From Owenia fusiformis (lineage: Eukaryota): a stretch of DNA of 64,000 bases. This document shows, one piece after another, positions 12,905-25,800 of the stretch (position 1 is its first letter; each line of letters opens with the position of its first letter). Position numbers and translations under genes: made by a program. Location of the stretch: NCBI GenBank assembly GCA_903813345.2, contig CAIIXF020000001.1, positions 11,098,001 to 11,162,000 on the forward strand, given 5' to 3'. The notes below the pieces were generated by a model that worked only from the letters and a program-made list of their open reading frames with translations, was not told where the DNA came from and did not search any database.

Positions 12905-13164
12905 GTATTAGGACTGCAGTATTAGTTAGTCATATAGTATTAGGACTGCAGTATTAGTTAATCATATAGTATTAGGACTGCAGTATTAGTTAGTCATATA
13001 GTATTAGGACTGCAGTATTAGTTAGTCATATAGTATTAGGACTGCAGTATTAGTTAGTCATATAGTATTAGGACTGCAGTATTAGTTAGTCATATAGTAT
13101 TAGGACTGCAGTATTAGTTAGTCATATAGTATTAGGACTGCAGTATTAGTTAGTCATATAGTAT
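12905..13164 (+). repeat. 32-bp minisatellite, 8 near-perfect copies (gtattaggactgcagtattagttagtcatata)
   Basis: Exact 32-bp period, one substitution in copy 2, no spacers. Confidence 0.97.
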
Positions 13165-14003
13165 AAAGGTGCTTGGTTGGTTACTTAAACTTAACCACAA
13201 CCAATTTTATATTGCAACTGGAAATTGGCTTATGGAGAGTGTTTTGTATATTTTTGTGTACTTACGGTATGTACGAATGCTATTAGTTCCTAAATGTCTA
13301 AATGACTGATGCTTATTACTTAAATAAATGTAAATTGCTTCAATTTGATGTCAGTTTGATAACTTTATGATTAAAAGTTGTCATGTGTCTTGTTTGTGAT
13401 TGTGTTAAGTATCCCACTGAATGTTTGAGTAAAGATGCAGAGAAAAATCCATATGCCTGTTGGATTGATTACTTAAGTATTGGTTGATAGATTTGGTTTA
13501 AATTTTATAGACTATTGCCTCATAAGGTATAAGCATAAAACCCCATTTTTCATGTTTTTATACTTCCAATATGAAAAATAGTTTTTGATAACTTACTGAT
13601 GCCCCATCAGTACATAAAAGGTGATGTTGATGTTGATTTAATGACAAAGTACACTGTGTTAAATCTTTTCTTCTTTATCCATATTTGGAAGGATTTTAAA
13701 ATTTTATATAAGTTCAAAAACTAATTTTTGTAATGTGGACGTTATTTATTTAAAAATGTATTTGTTATCTGTAATATGCCAGTACAATGAATATGATTGT
13801 GCATATCAATCTGGGTATCAACCCAGTGTTGAACATACATGTAAATGTAATAAATAATTTTAAAATATACATTTAATATAATTTGTTCCCTTCATTTGTA
13901 CATAGTAGAGTAAATACTCCTCTTTATTGCATACGTAAAGGCAGGCAAACGAGTTGTATGCCAAATTTAAATTAAGCAGGGAGTAAAAATCCTCTAAATT
14001 TCC

Positions 14004-17000
14004 TTATTCTAGATCACATTTCAACCATTCTAGGGTTAACTCGGCCATACCAACACTTGACTCTAAAACAAAGGCATGTTCATACCCTTTCTCACATAGT
14101 ATTATATTACCCTGAGGAAAAACCTTTTTCATGTCATGGTAGTATTCCACTGGACACCAGTGGTCAGTGAGTCCATAATACAACAGAATTTTGTCCAAGT
14201 TTTCTCTGATACCCTGTAGATCTGGCTCTCTAACAAGTTGCATCTCATCATTAGCCATGTACATTGAGTTCTGTTGGCATGCTGCATCAAATAAGCACAG
14301 AGCACCTTTAATGGTACACTCAGGAACATTTCGTTGACTCATGTACTTCCTTATGATTCCCTCCTGAAGACTTTTAGGTAAATATGATGCTGCTAGGGTG
14401 AGCGGATAGGCTAGCCAGCGGGCATACCTCAAGAGAGGGGTGGCATACTGGCCCTGAGGCGACACCGCCATTCGCTCTATAGTTGGAAATAATAAATAAG
14501 ACTTGATTATGTTCCATTTTGGCAATCTCTTCATAATTTCTATGATGATTTGGCAACCTATGGAATGTCCTATAAGAACCAGGTTTAAGTTCTTGGGGAT
14601 ATGTTCTTGTATGAACACCACTTTATGCTGTGTTTGCCCCTCTAGAGTGAAAGGATTCCCAACTGGGTCTGAAGATAAACAAATAATTCTGGCATTATAT
14701 ATTTTATGAAGTTAGTTTTATCACATTATTTTAATTCTGCATTTTGAGATAAATAAGGATGCCTTGAATATATCATAAAATTAATTCTTCAAAAAGTCTA
14801 CAATCTACAAGTTGGTCTGAATTTCACAAATCTGTTAAATGATGAATTTTTTAGTTTTTATAACCTGAGAGACACAATCAGTCACTGAAAATCATAATAA
14901 TTATTTTAATAGATTTTTGAAAATGACCAACATATGTTTCACAAATATTATTCGGAATATTATCTAACTACCAAATATCAATCAAATCATAACCAGGCCA
15001 TGTTTTGATTAATTTTGAAACAAATTCAATAATTCAAATCAAAATATATAACTATGATGCTTTAAACATGATTTAACATGATCTGACAAACAATGGCACT
15101 CTGTAACTGTTAAAAGAAAATTTGAAATATCATTCACATTTATACAAGTAATATACTAGGAAAGTCTCCATTTATAGGTATGCTGAGTAATAGGTGACAA
15201 ACTGGTTATTAGAGAATTTTCATTATAAGTTTTTTAAAAACTTATACGTATACTTATACTTATAAACCCAATAAACAAGGTGTTTCATAATTTCCTAATT
15301 CGTCGGGAAATATCTCCTAGGACGGTAATAAAAAGGGCCAATGGCATACCATCCGTACCCCCTTGATGTAAAGCATGTTTAGTTGTGTCATATGTGTTTT
15401 CTAGAATCAAATAGGCTGATATAGCACACGGGTTTTACAGATTTATCTACTCTCAAATATATTTTTTGTAGATGATCGTTTTGAATCACCTTGTAGAAAT
15501 AACGAAGCGAGAATTAGTTCAGCTAATGAATGAGTCGAGCTGTTTGATTGGATACTATGCCTATTCAGCCGATTAATTTTAATAAGCCATTCTGGTCAGT
15601 AGGTCCACACATATACTATGCGGAGATCCAACTCTGTAAGTTTATAATCTGCGTATAAAGGCCCTTTTATACGTAAAAACTTAAAAATTGACCTTATAAT
15701 TTCATGAGAACTTTGAAATGATCGTTTGTTTATCGTACACTACAAGGATCCGTCAACTAGCGTTTAGTTTATCGTGTTCATAATTGACACTAGCAAAGGA
15801 CATTGTATTCGCAGTCCCTAGTTGATGATGGAGCTTGACTACTGTAGATTGGGTTAATTTGGCGCCCGCTTTAATTTGGCGAATTTGGCGAAATTGAAAA
15901 ATTCGCCAATATAAATCTCCGCCAAAATTTAGAATGAATCCCCGGGTATTTCGTCCAGTGTATTAAGGTCACTTCCGGTTTATTTTTCCCAAAATATGAA
16001 AAAATGTCTCTCATAAATTGGCTAAGAACTGGTCAGTCACTCATTTATACTCAGGGAAAAGTAGCAGCATCGATTGAGGTGTAAAATGTAAAGGATGATC
16101 TCACAAAAATGTACAAACGTGGTGAATATCGCCAGTGGTCCTCAAAAGAAAAAATGAACATAGCCAAACATGCCCATTTAGATCTAGATCTACATGGTAA
16201 TTCGCAAACATTCGTAAGTTTAACATTCCATTAACATTTTTTTTGCATATCCGCCAAATTAAATAGCCGCCAATATGCCAAAAATGGCAAAATCGCCAAA
16301 TTAACCCAATCTACAGTATATCGGGAATAGTTATGCCCCACTTGGTACAGATTATGAAAATCAATTTGAATTGATTTTAGTTCGACAAGACCCTTTAAAC
16401 TATAAGTATACGTATAAGTTTTTGAAACAACTTCTAACGAAAATTCTCTATTAACTTTACCCTTACATATAGGGCACATGTTACTGTCGAGCACAAACAT
16501 TTTAGATGTACTGTATACACAGCCTTCTTTCATCGACAACATAACAGAAAGGAAAGATAATGTGTATATTGTTATACCACCCCTACCATATTGCCCCTTG
16601 TATTGTTTCGGAGCTGGGACATGACCCGCATGTGCAACAGCCCATACAGGAACCTTCTCTCCCAGACCCTTGTAGATAATCTCCATATATTCTGCATAGA
16701 AATCTGGTACACCTGGGTTACCTGTAAATGATGCAATAGAGCATGTCGAATCAATGATTACAATTCGGGTCAAAAGATGGCAGTGTTACATACTATCAAT
16801 CAATAAAGACATAAAAATATAAAGACAATTTCAATTCTCAACCTATACATGTAGGACTAAAAAGATGGTTAAACTTCTGCAAGGTTAAACTTGAAAACCA
16901 GTATGATGTGTTATTTGGTATCCCTTAGGGGACCTCATACTGGCGTCAGTCTGCCACAATAAGTGTGCTGAAGATAGGACTCAATGAATTGCATGTAGGA

Positions 17001-17247
17001 AGCCATCACTGAACATGCTGACACTGTATCACTGTAGAGTCTACATGGATGCCTTAAAAGCATTGTGTTTAGAAGATTATTTTATCTTACCTGGGATGAT
17101 GAGAACTAGAGATTTCACTGAATCTCCAAGTGTCCCATATTGAAGAACATGAGTGGGAACACCAAGTACAGTGGGATACTCAGAAACATTCAATTGTTTT
17201 GTTTCTGGTTCTTTTGCGGGCGTATCGCTGAAGCTGCTTTGTGACAT
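14004..17247 (-). CDS. LDAH: Lipid droplet-associated hydrolase (alpha/beta hydrolase, C2orf43 homolog), 318 aa
   Basis: Exons 17247-17091, 16721-16587, 14668-14004 (phases 1/1, 957 nt in total). Motifs LIIPGNPG, HAGH, GQTQHK, nucleophile GHSIG, LFPTIERM, YYGLTDHWCP, HAF. AATAAA on the minus strand at 13923-13928. Confidence 0.95.
15842..16316. mobile_element. TA-flanked MITE (Tc1/mariner-type) in LDAH intron 2
   Basis: TA|CTGTAGATTGGGTTAATTTGGCG ... CGCCAAATTAACCCAATCTACAG|TA perfect TIR. Confidence 0.85.
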
Positions 17248-17354
17248 TCTGTTCCACCAGACACAAGACTCTTACCTCATGGACCTTCTAACGTGTGACC
17301 GACTCCCTACAGACAAAAAAGCAAGCAAAATGAATACATACTACAGACCACTTC

Positions 17355-17538
17355 CATAGGCGTAGCGACCGGTACGCTGGGTACGCACAGGCATACAAGA
17401 TGGTTGCAAATTCGCTGTAAATACAACCAAATTTCAAAATTTTCCTGGGAGAGAACCCCCTAAACGCTAGTTTTTTGCTTCGCTCAACTATTGTTCCCGC
17501 GGTTGCGTACTACTTAGAAACATAGCGCTACGCCCATG
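17355..17538. mobile_element. MITE with 5-bp TSD
   Basis: CATAGGCGTAGCG ... CGCTACGCCCATG; TSD acttc at 17350-17354 and 17539-17543. Confidence 0.7.
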
Positions 17539-17783
17539 ACTTCATTGTTTTATTTCGTCAGTAAAACCTAAGAAATAAGAAATCAAGATCATTGTGCAAT
17601 AATATCTGGAAAAATATATTCCTATTGTACATAACATATGACATTTGTATATCTTGGATGGCTTCTAGTTTGGCTTATAAAGTATGTGGCCTCTTATATT
17701 TTGATGCTTCTCTGCCATTTTCAAAAAGATTGAACATGGCTGAAATTCTTTAAATTACATGAGGGCATGCGCATAGGCTTATT

Positions 17784-17823
17784 CAGAGACATATGATTTA
17801 TATTTTAAATGTATATGTCTCTG
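17784..17823. mobile_element. 40-bp miniature TIR element with 7-bp TSD (P-element-like CA..TG ends)
   Basis: gcttatt|CAGAGACATAT ... ATATGTCTCTG|gcttatt. Confidence 0.55.
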
Positions 17824-17989
17824 GCTTATTGCACAAAAAACAAAACAATCTGAAATATACAAATGTCATTCATGTACAATATGAATTGAATATACTTTTC
17901 CATATATTAGATCTATTGCAAATGGTCTCCTGATTTCTTATTTTTGGGGTACTGGCGAACTAAAACAGTGTTATGGGCTGGACAAACAT

Positions 17990-18087
17990 TAGCCTTGTTG
18001 AAGGCTTTAGCATTTGCTGATTTTTAAAATTTCGATATTTGTTTCCAAATTAAAAATCAGCAAATGCTAAAGCCTTCAACAAGGCTA
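17990..18087. repeat. Perfect 38-bp inverted repeat with 22-nt loop (TAG..CTA ends; possible Academ-like MITE)
   Basis: tagccttgttgaaggctttagcatttgctgatttttaa and its exact reverse complement. Confidence 0.85.
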
Positions 18088-19203
18088 TACAAAATTACAA
18101 ACATTAGAATTGGTGAATTACCCGGGAGTATTGTAAATTTGTATATGCTGAAGTATTATGGCATTGCATGCTTTAATTTTGTGAAATTAATACCCAGTAT
18201 CATAAGTTGTAACCATATAGTTATATATGTAAGCATTATTTGATACTATGATGCCTAAATGTGTACCTAAATGACAAGAAAAGTCGAAGCTTTGAATCGA
18301 GCTGATCTCTGGACGTTCTACCGGATTACGCATAACACTAGACGAAATCTAACTTGATTCCCGGGTAAAAATAATGGTCTAATATATTTATCAGCGATGT
18401 ACCTGGGAACTAACAAGGGAGGCACCTCACCTCACAGTATATTGGAAGTGAAATGCCACTACATTCATGGCTATTCATAATACATAATATATGAATATGA
18501 TATTCTATTGGGTTTCCAGCAGACCGTCCCCTGCCGGTGTGAAGTTTTTCATAAATTAAAGTTTTAAGATATTACATGGAATCAATGGATCATGATTTTT
18601 TCTTTTTCAGATGTTTGGAAATTCATGATGAAATTCTGGCGACGGGCCGTACATTCGTACAATTGTGACAATTTTCATCACAGTATATTTTTATCAGGGT
18701 TTGTTTCGCAGCAACACTGGAAAAATGGGTGATAGTAGCAACTAAAACTTTTCTCTAAAATTAGAAAAAATTACTTAGTGAAACGTTCAGATCTTTATGA
18801 TTATTTAAGTTTCTGTCAGATGACTTTTCGAGAATACATGCATTAACTCACAGAGTTATTCCACGCTTGTCTCGGTAGAAATTTTGGGTCACCCTGTATT
18901 TCCTTTGTTGTTATCTTTAGTAAAACATGTCCTCATGCCAACTGTGTAAAATTGGTTCACTGTGAGTACAGTGGGCCAAAAACGATACAGACAAACATAT
19001 AGGATGCGCCTTCTAAACACATACATCTACATTCATGATCAATGTTGTACACGTGTCATTCAGATATCATTCTCAGTTGATAAGTGCGAAACAATAAAAG
19101 AAAATGACATTGGGAGTGATTTCTATTCAATTCCTCTACATGAAAACACGAGTTAAATAATGATAAGCGGTCGATTTATGACCATTTTCTACATACTCCA
19201 CCT

Positions 19204-20888
19204 CAAAACAACGTGTTAAAGGAGCAATCTACCCTAAGAATAAATACAAGACATGTACACGATAAAATGTCACCACTTGGTTACACACAGTGTTAGAGAG
19301 TAAAAACCGATGTTAGTCCTTTAATTCGTTACCATGGTAATAAATCTGGACATTTTATCCTCGCCAAGCTAATCGCTACATACGACTTTTAAGTCAATCT
19401 GACCATGGGTTTTCTAGATATCACTTTGTAACAAAAGTTAGAAGTGTCCCATAATAGTCCATAATACGTTACCACGGTAACATATGTTGCCCAAAACTCG
19501 GGCCAAAACTGTACACTCTTGTAACATCTTTAAAGATACTCATTGTATGAATGCCAAATCAAACTAATCTTGATTTCTATCAGTTACAGCTCGTTACAAA
19601 TATTCTTTTTTACACAGTAATTCGATGCCATGGTAACATGCATTGTCAAATATTCACTATAAACTTAAGATGACCTGCCAACTATATGCGTTCGTTTTCA
19701 AATTTCTGTAAAACATTAAAAAATTAAAAAGGAGCAAAACGTGTTATTTTACTTGTCAATCCAAAACAGCTTGACACGACCCCTAATATATATATTTTCA
19801 TAATATTGCAGATAACAAAGGGTACAATATTCCTACTATTCGTTTGTAAAATTACAAACTTTCTAACTCAACGAAAACACATCTGGAAATTGGGCACAAT
19901 CATTAAAAATGTCAAGAACTCAAGATTCTCTCTTGCCTCTAGGCGTTGTCACTTTAACATGGGCAATACGAATGCGTTTGACGGGTAAAATTATCATCTC
20001 AAAGTATATAAAACTAGTTAATAGAGAGTACTATATTATTTAGGCGGTTAACCACAGATAGAGTAATCACTTGTAAAGATATCTGCAACATGGTTTCGCC
20101 TCTGAGACAAAAGCTCTAATGACAGTTATAATCATAATTGCTTGTATTTAATGCAACTTTAATGAATATGATATCAACACCGAATTTTCAAAGTTCTGTT
20201 GGGGTTTTTATCCAACCGCAGTTATCGCACAAGTTTGAAAAATAGAAGCTCAAATAAAAAAGAAAGGTACAGACTAACCTAGAGACCAACTAAATACTTT
20301 TCATTATTCGTTTTTAGTATTTTACAATTTTAGTTTCGTTGCCAGTTGCTTATTAGTTGTCTGTAAATCAAGGCTTTGGTTGCTTTCAGAATGTCAAGGT
20401 CATCTGTTTTCATATTGAGGTCATATGAGGCAAACGTAAAATTGTCAAACTTTATACGTTAACAACAATCTAGCATGCTAAATTAAATGATGGGATGATG
20501 GGATGATGGGAAATAGTTTTTCATTTTCGGTATATCAATTGGTTGAAATAATCCTTTGGTTGTTACAGTCTAGATGATAGTAATGCTGAAAGCGAACTTC
20601 GTTCTCCCAATATGCGTCGTATTTGGAAACACATATATTAATTACGTCATTTTGGCGTATTTGTTTTACCCATCCCATTTAGAATTTAACCTGAAACTAA
20701 GGACAAGAACATTGGTGTTTGGATGTTGTCATTCTGTCAACACAGTGGTACAATAAGTACTGTACTTATACCATGTAATGTGGCTGATTGGCTTAGAAAA
20801 TGTCGGCATTGGAATGAGTAATTATATTATACACTATCACACCTAGTTCGAGATTATTTACTTTTCCTGTCTGGCTTGGACACTGTTT
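19204..20888 (+). repeat. Copy 2 of the direct duplication of 1-1627
   Basis: See copy 1; this copy carries ~60 extra bp near 19740-19810. Confidence 0.9.
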
Positions 20889-22809
20889 TGGATAAAGATA
20901 CCATCAACACTTGTTCACATATCCAACTCGTGAAATTATTAAAAATAGTAAAGAAATCTTAGGTTGCCAGGGTAACACTTTGTGTACGTTGACGTGGCTA
21001 TTTACAACAGATTATGATGTAATATTGTGATCATTAAAATCAGACTAAAAATCAAGCTAAAAATGCAAGGACGACGACCAAAAATAATTTGGACGAGACC
21101 TTCCACGCAAAGCATACTTGTAGTAATTAAAACAGGCCCGAAAGTATACGACACATCAAACACATCTTACAACAAAAGCTTTCAAAATTGAAATTACCAT
21201 TGTGGTCTTTATCCAAAGAATACCCAGTGAATTATGATCAATATTAGGTCAAAACAAGGCATCTTCAAGCCATTTGCATCCTGAACGATAAAAATAAATA
21301 AAAACTAACATTTTTATTAGGTATTTATTGAATTGGAGCATTGTTTTGGTTCGACTGGTTTAGCCATATCCGGACTCATCTAATGAATGTTTCAAATTTA
21401 TTTCATTTAGGGTTTTACTTTGGTTATTGTTTAAAGAGGTTCATACCACCCGAAGCCTTTTTATCATTTTTTGAAATATCAAACAAAACAGATTATTCTA
21501 GACTGCGCACAAAAAATGGTATATTCGTACTTATTTCTTGTATCTAATTTCAAACATTAAATTAAGGACAACAACATTGAATTACCTAATATAACGTGAC
21601 CAGATGAGCACAATGTACATAAAATAACATGCTTGGATTAGGATTTACGATAATCCACAAATGATGCCCTGGCCCAAACGATAATCTCTTGCACGCCAAA
21701 GCTAATCCGGACGCGATTCTACATGTAGGCCAATTATGTAAATCACAAAGGGCATCATTGAATATATTCCAACTGTCTTTTAGTGGCCCGATGATGTGCT
21801 CTGACATGACCAGTAATGAGTGATTTTCTATTGAGTCATCAGTCATTATCAGTTAATTAGTCAACTGGTCAAATATTGCAGCAGTACTTATTGAAACATA
21901 ATAAACTTGTCACCTACAGGTGATGTTAACCAAAGTTAATTGAATGTTAATCAAATCAAAATAAATTACATAACGACACAGAGTTCTGTTTTACCAGAAA
22001 GTTTAATTTACTGGATTAAAATAGGCTGATACCTTCACTGAACAAGTTTTAGGAGAGTTGAGTTAACCAGTTAGGAACTAGGATTTATGAATGTTCCAAG
22101 AGTGATATACGTCCCAACTACGCTGGGGAGAGATACACTGTGATCTCAGATCGAATATCATCTTATATCGTGTAGTCCTGAGTTGATGGTCTTGAGATAC
22201 TACATGCACTAGTTGAGTTAGGTCCAACAGTTTGTGCCTCAAGAACAACTTTATGCTTATTAGTTAGTTTTGATGTCCCTATAAGCAAAAACAAATGCAT
22301 TGCCTGCAACTCTTAATTGCTCTATTTTTAATATCATCATAAGTATCACTAGTGTATATATTTGATTGGGATGATATGAATATTAATATGGGCGGCTGTG
22401 ATTGGATGCTGGACGTTCGCTTACTTTAACACATGGAACTGGACTTCAGTAGAGTTGATGCAGAAATACACAAGGCAGATTAGGATAAATGACAATTCAA
22501 AATGGATTACAGGGAATATACAATACACAATACTGATTATTATTAGAGATTATACATTTTTATCAAACATTTTCTTCGACACATTTAAAAAATTTATATT
22601 TGCCCGAAGATGGTGATAACGACGACGAAGAAGAACAATTTGCGTGGGAACGTCAAGAGGATTTTAACCAGTGGATGACAACATACACATTGTGAAATCA
22701 AATAATTTGGAATTGTATAAAAAACACCAACGATCTTTAAAAGATCAAACCATTGATGAATCTGTGTTCAAGTGCCAAACGCAAGGAGTTTAGAAGATTT
22801 GTATAAAAG

Positions 22810-25800
22810 ATGAGGACTTGGAATTTAGTAACGTTATTATTTGTTGTGTATTTATTTATATCTGTCCCTCCCTGGCTTGTTACGACGCCTGCAGTCCTCG
22901 GTGAAGACATCACATATACCAATAAAACTAAAAATCAATCGGTGAGTATAAAAATAACTTTGAATGGTCAAATCTGGAATTTTGACATACAGCTAGAATT
23001 ATTTAAAAGGGAAAAAAATTATTTTTTTGGTTGCATAATCTCGTTTATTTGCCAGGCAAAACTAATCATTTAATTAAACCCAGTCGTTATTTTCATTATC
23101 TTATTAGCCAGGACCTATATTATGATAAAATATGTACGTATATAAATAGAATATTAGGCATAGTAAATGTATATTCATTAAACGTATGCTGTAGAAGGGA
23201 GTTGGGGGGGGGGGGGCTGTTTACAAGTATTGTAGAATATCATGAATAAATCGGACAAAACCACATCTATCAAATAACTCCAGATTATGATAGAAAAGTA
23301 AAATATATAAAAGTTTTTATGAGCCATTAAATTGAACTTTTGGCATTCCGATAATGTCATTGCGATTTTATAGCAAATTGGACATACCTGTCGTAAAACA
23401 TTTCATTCCGTTGATTTTTATCTCAACGTCCAGTGTAAAAAAGCCCACGGGATAAACGATCACATGTATGTGCATCATAATTAAAACATCTACTCTATTA
23501 ATTGCTTTTGAATTATTAGTGTTTATAAAATCATTTGGTAACACTAGTTTTTGAAAATTTGGATATATTAATCACTACTTGTAATTAATCAAATGCATAG
23601 TAGTATTTGGCCAACTCTGTACTCGAGGCTTTCGATTGAGGATAACTATTTCTTCCTTGATAAATACCTAGGTGACTTGGCTCACTCTGTATTGTTATGT
23701 CAGAAATTGCAATGTTGAATGTGTTTTGAACTTTTGATCAGCCATACTATCTCGAGTCTCAATTATGAAAATGTCGTTCCTTCTTAGACCAGAGCTTTAC
23801 TATTTACCTGCACACTGTATAGCTTAACATACAGGGTGTCATCACCACTTATCTGTCACATTGTTTTATCCTGTATACGAATAGCACAACCTGTAGGTCT
23901 GTTATGGAGACTTCTCTCAAAACTTTCATTTTATGATATTAGTTTGTGTAGATGTCGTACAACCTGAAAGCAAACATAGCCCCTCTATCATAGACACCGC
24001 TCATACATTCACTAATCTATCCAAAGATAAAGGACCCATTTGGTGCAAAATTCATGATAATTCACAAACAAAAATTGTTTAGAGTGATAAGCAATATAAA
24101 CTCTAGATTGTTAAACGGGTTCACATTGGGATTAGTTATGTTTTTCTTTATAAGTGACGAAGATTATAAAATAATGTTTAAAGAATTATTTTTCCTTTGA
24201 ACATAAGTGCGATCAGAGGACCAGGGTATTACCAGATGAACTTCTAAATGACATTTACACAATACGAAAATTAGGCGCATCCCTCAGTCGTTTTAATATC
24301 TAAATGTCGAGTATGAACTTTTAGGCATACTTTATCTGATGAACGGTCATAGTGTTCTGAGATTACAAATGTCCGGATTAAAGCATCGTATCAAGGTATA
24401 TGGCATTTTCAGGCAGCTTTTCAAAAATAATCTCCAAATAACGTGTACTGTAGTCTATGCTTTGGGGGTGCTATACTTGTTAAAGGCTCATACATGAGTT
24501 AAACAATCATCCCAGATGTGCCATTTGTATAATTATAATTTAAAAATTACCTACGTCTCAATTTGAAAAAAACATACACAGATATTTAAGGGCTGGTTAC
24601 AGACTCAGACACACCATATTTCCGAACGATTAAAGAGACATACATAAACGCTCGGCACCTCATAAAGAAGTAGTAAATTCACATAACTTAAAGCCTCTTC
24701 TCACAGTCTCATCAACATAAATAATCTTTTGAACCTGACCTCATTTGCATCACCGATAGAGATTAGAAATTGGAGTTAACCCGAAAATCTTCGTATCCGT
24801 ATCTTCTATTGCTATTTATCTTCAATTTGGAATTTACACAGATGAATTTAATACAACTCTTGAGCGAAGACTACCTGGTAAAATTGTGATATGCGCTACA
24901 TGATGAACGTTTCCGGAAAGATACGCTATCTAACTAAAATACTGTGAAACATTACATCCAATAAATTACAATCTAATCATTCTCCTCATCTAGTCGAAGT
25001 TAAAAGCAAACTTGACAAATTAATTACAGTTTTAAGAAATGCCTAGAGAAAATTGGCGAGACTAAACACAGCCAGTTATTTTATTTTGCATTTCTTTTTA
25101 TTCAGTAATCATCGTGCATTCATACTCGAAACTAGAATTTTGAGATGTTCAATTGAACGTTTCATTGATCTCATAAAGTTCGGATATTGAAAGTCCAACT
25201 TTAATTATTGCTATTATAGATCGCACCCCTGTAATGTTATTCTCTTTGAAAAACCTGCTTCCGGTAACCACGGTTATTGTTGCCAGGTGATCAGGTAGAT
25301 TGACAACAGGTGAGACTTGGAACATCTTGAGTGTGTGTATGTACAGTTTCAAATGACCCTCCCACCCCCGGCACACCCCTCTGGCCTATACCGAGGTTAC
25401 TGAATGATCCAATAAACTTGCAGTCCTATCTCTATCAATGGCAACATGTTACTGCCATTTTCTATCCTCCTCGGAATCCCCCTCGGTCCACAAAAATCAT
25501 ATTTTCTCAAATATAAACTTTAGAAACTACCGTATCTTTGAAAATAAGTTATGTATCTAACGTTTCGGTCATTTGAATTAGATGTAGAGTCATTAAAAAT
25601 ATCTTAGAAATTGTAACAACGAGTTCAACCAAATAAAATAATCAACTATTGCCGTACGACCAGAAGACTGAGCCCTTATTCAAAATTGAAAGGAATTGGA
25701 TAATAACATTAAAGAATAGAATGATATGGGTAAGGTACATGTACATGGAATATATTGCTGTTATATGCAGGTGATATTCGACATGTGTTACATGTGAGGT

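Noticed and set aside
12905-13164. CRISPR-like array (32-bp repeats)
   Set aside because: Units are contiguous with no unique spacers, there are no cas genes, and the context is eukaryotic; it is a minisatellite.
16231-16773. 180-aa ORF as a standalone gene
   Set aside because: Only 16587-16721 is LDAH exon 2; the rest is intron and MITE read-through.
1-20888. LTR pair of a giant retroelement
   Set aside because: No TG..CA end, PBS/PPT or gag-pol seen; the interior holds ordinary spliced host genes.
22340-22700. Acidic coding-like stretch (LPEDGDNDDEEEQFAWERQEDF) upstream of the astacin
   Set aside because: Interrupted by stops, no splice framework, and no family recognised; at most a decayed remnant.
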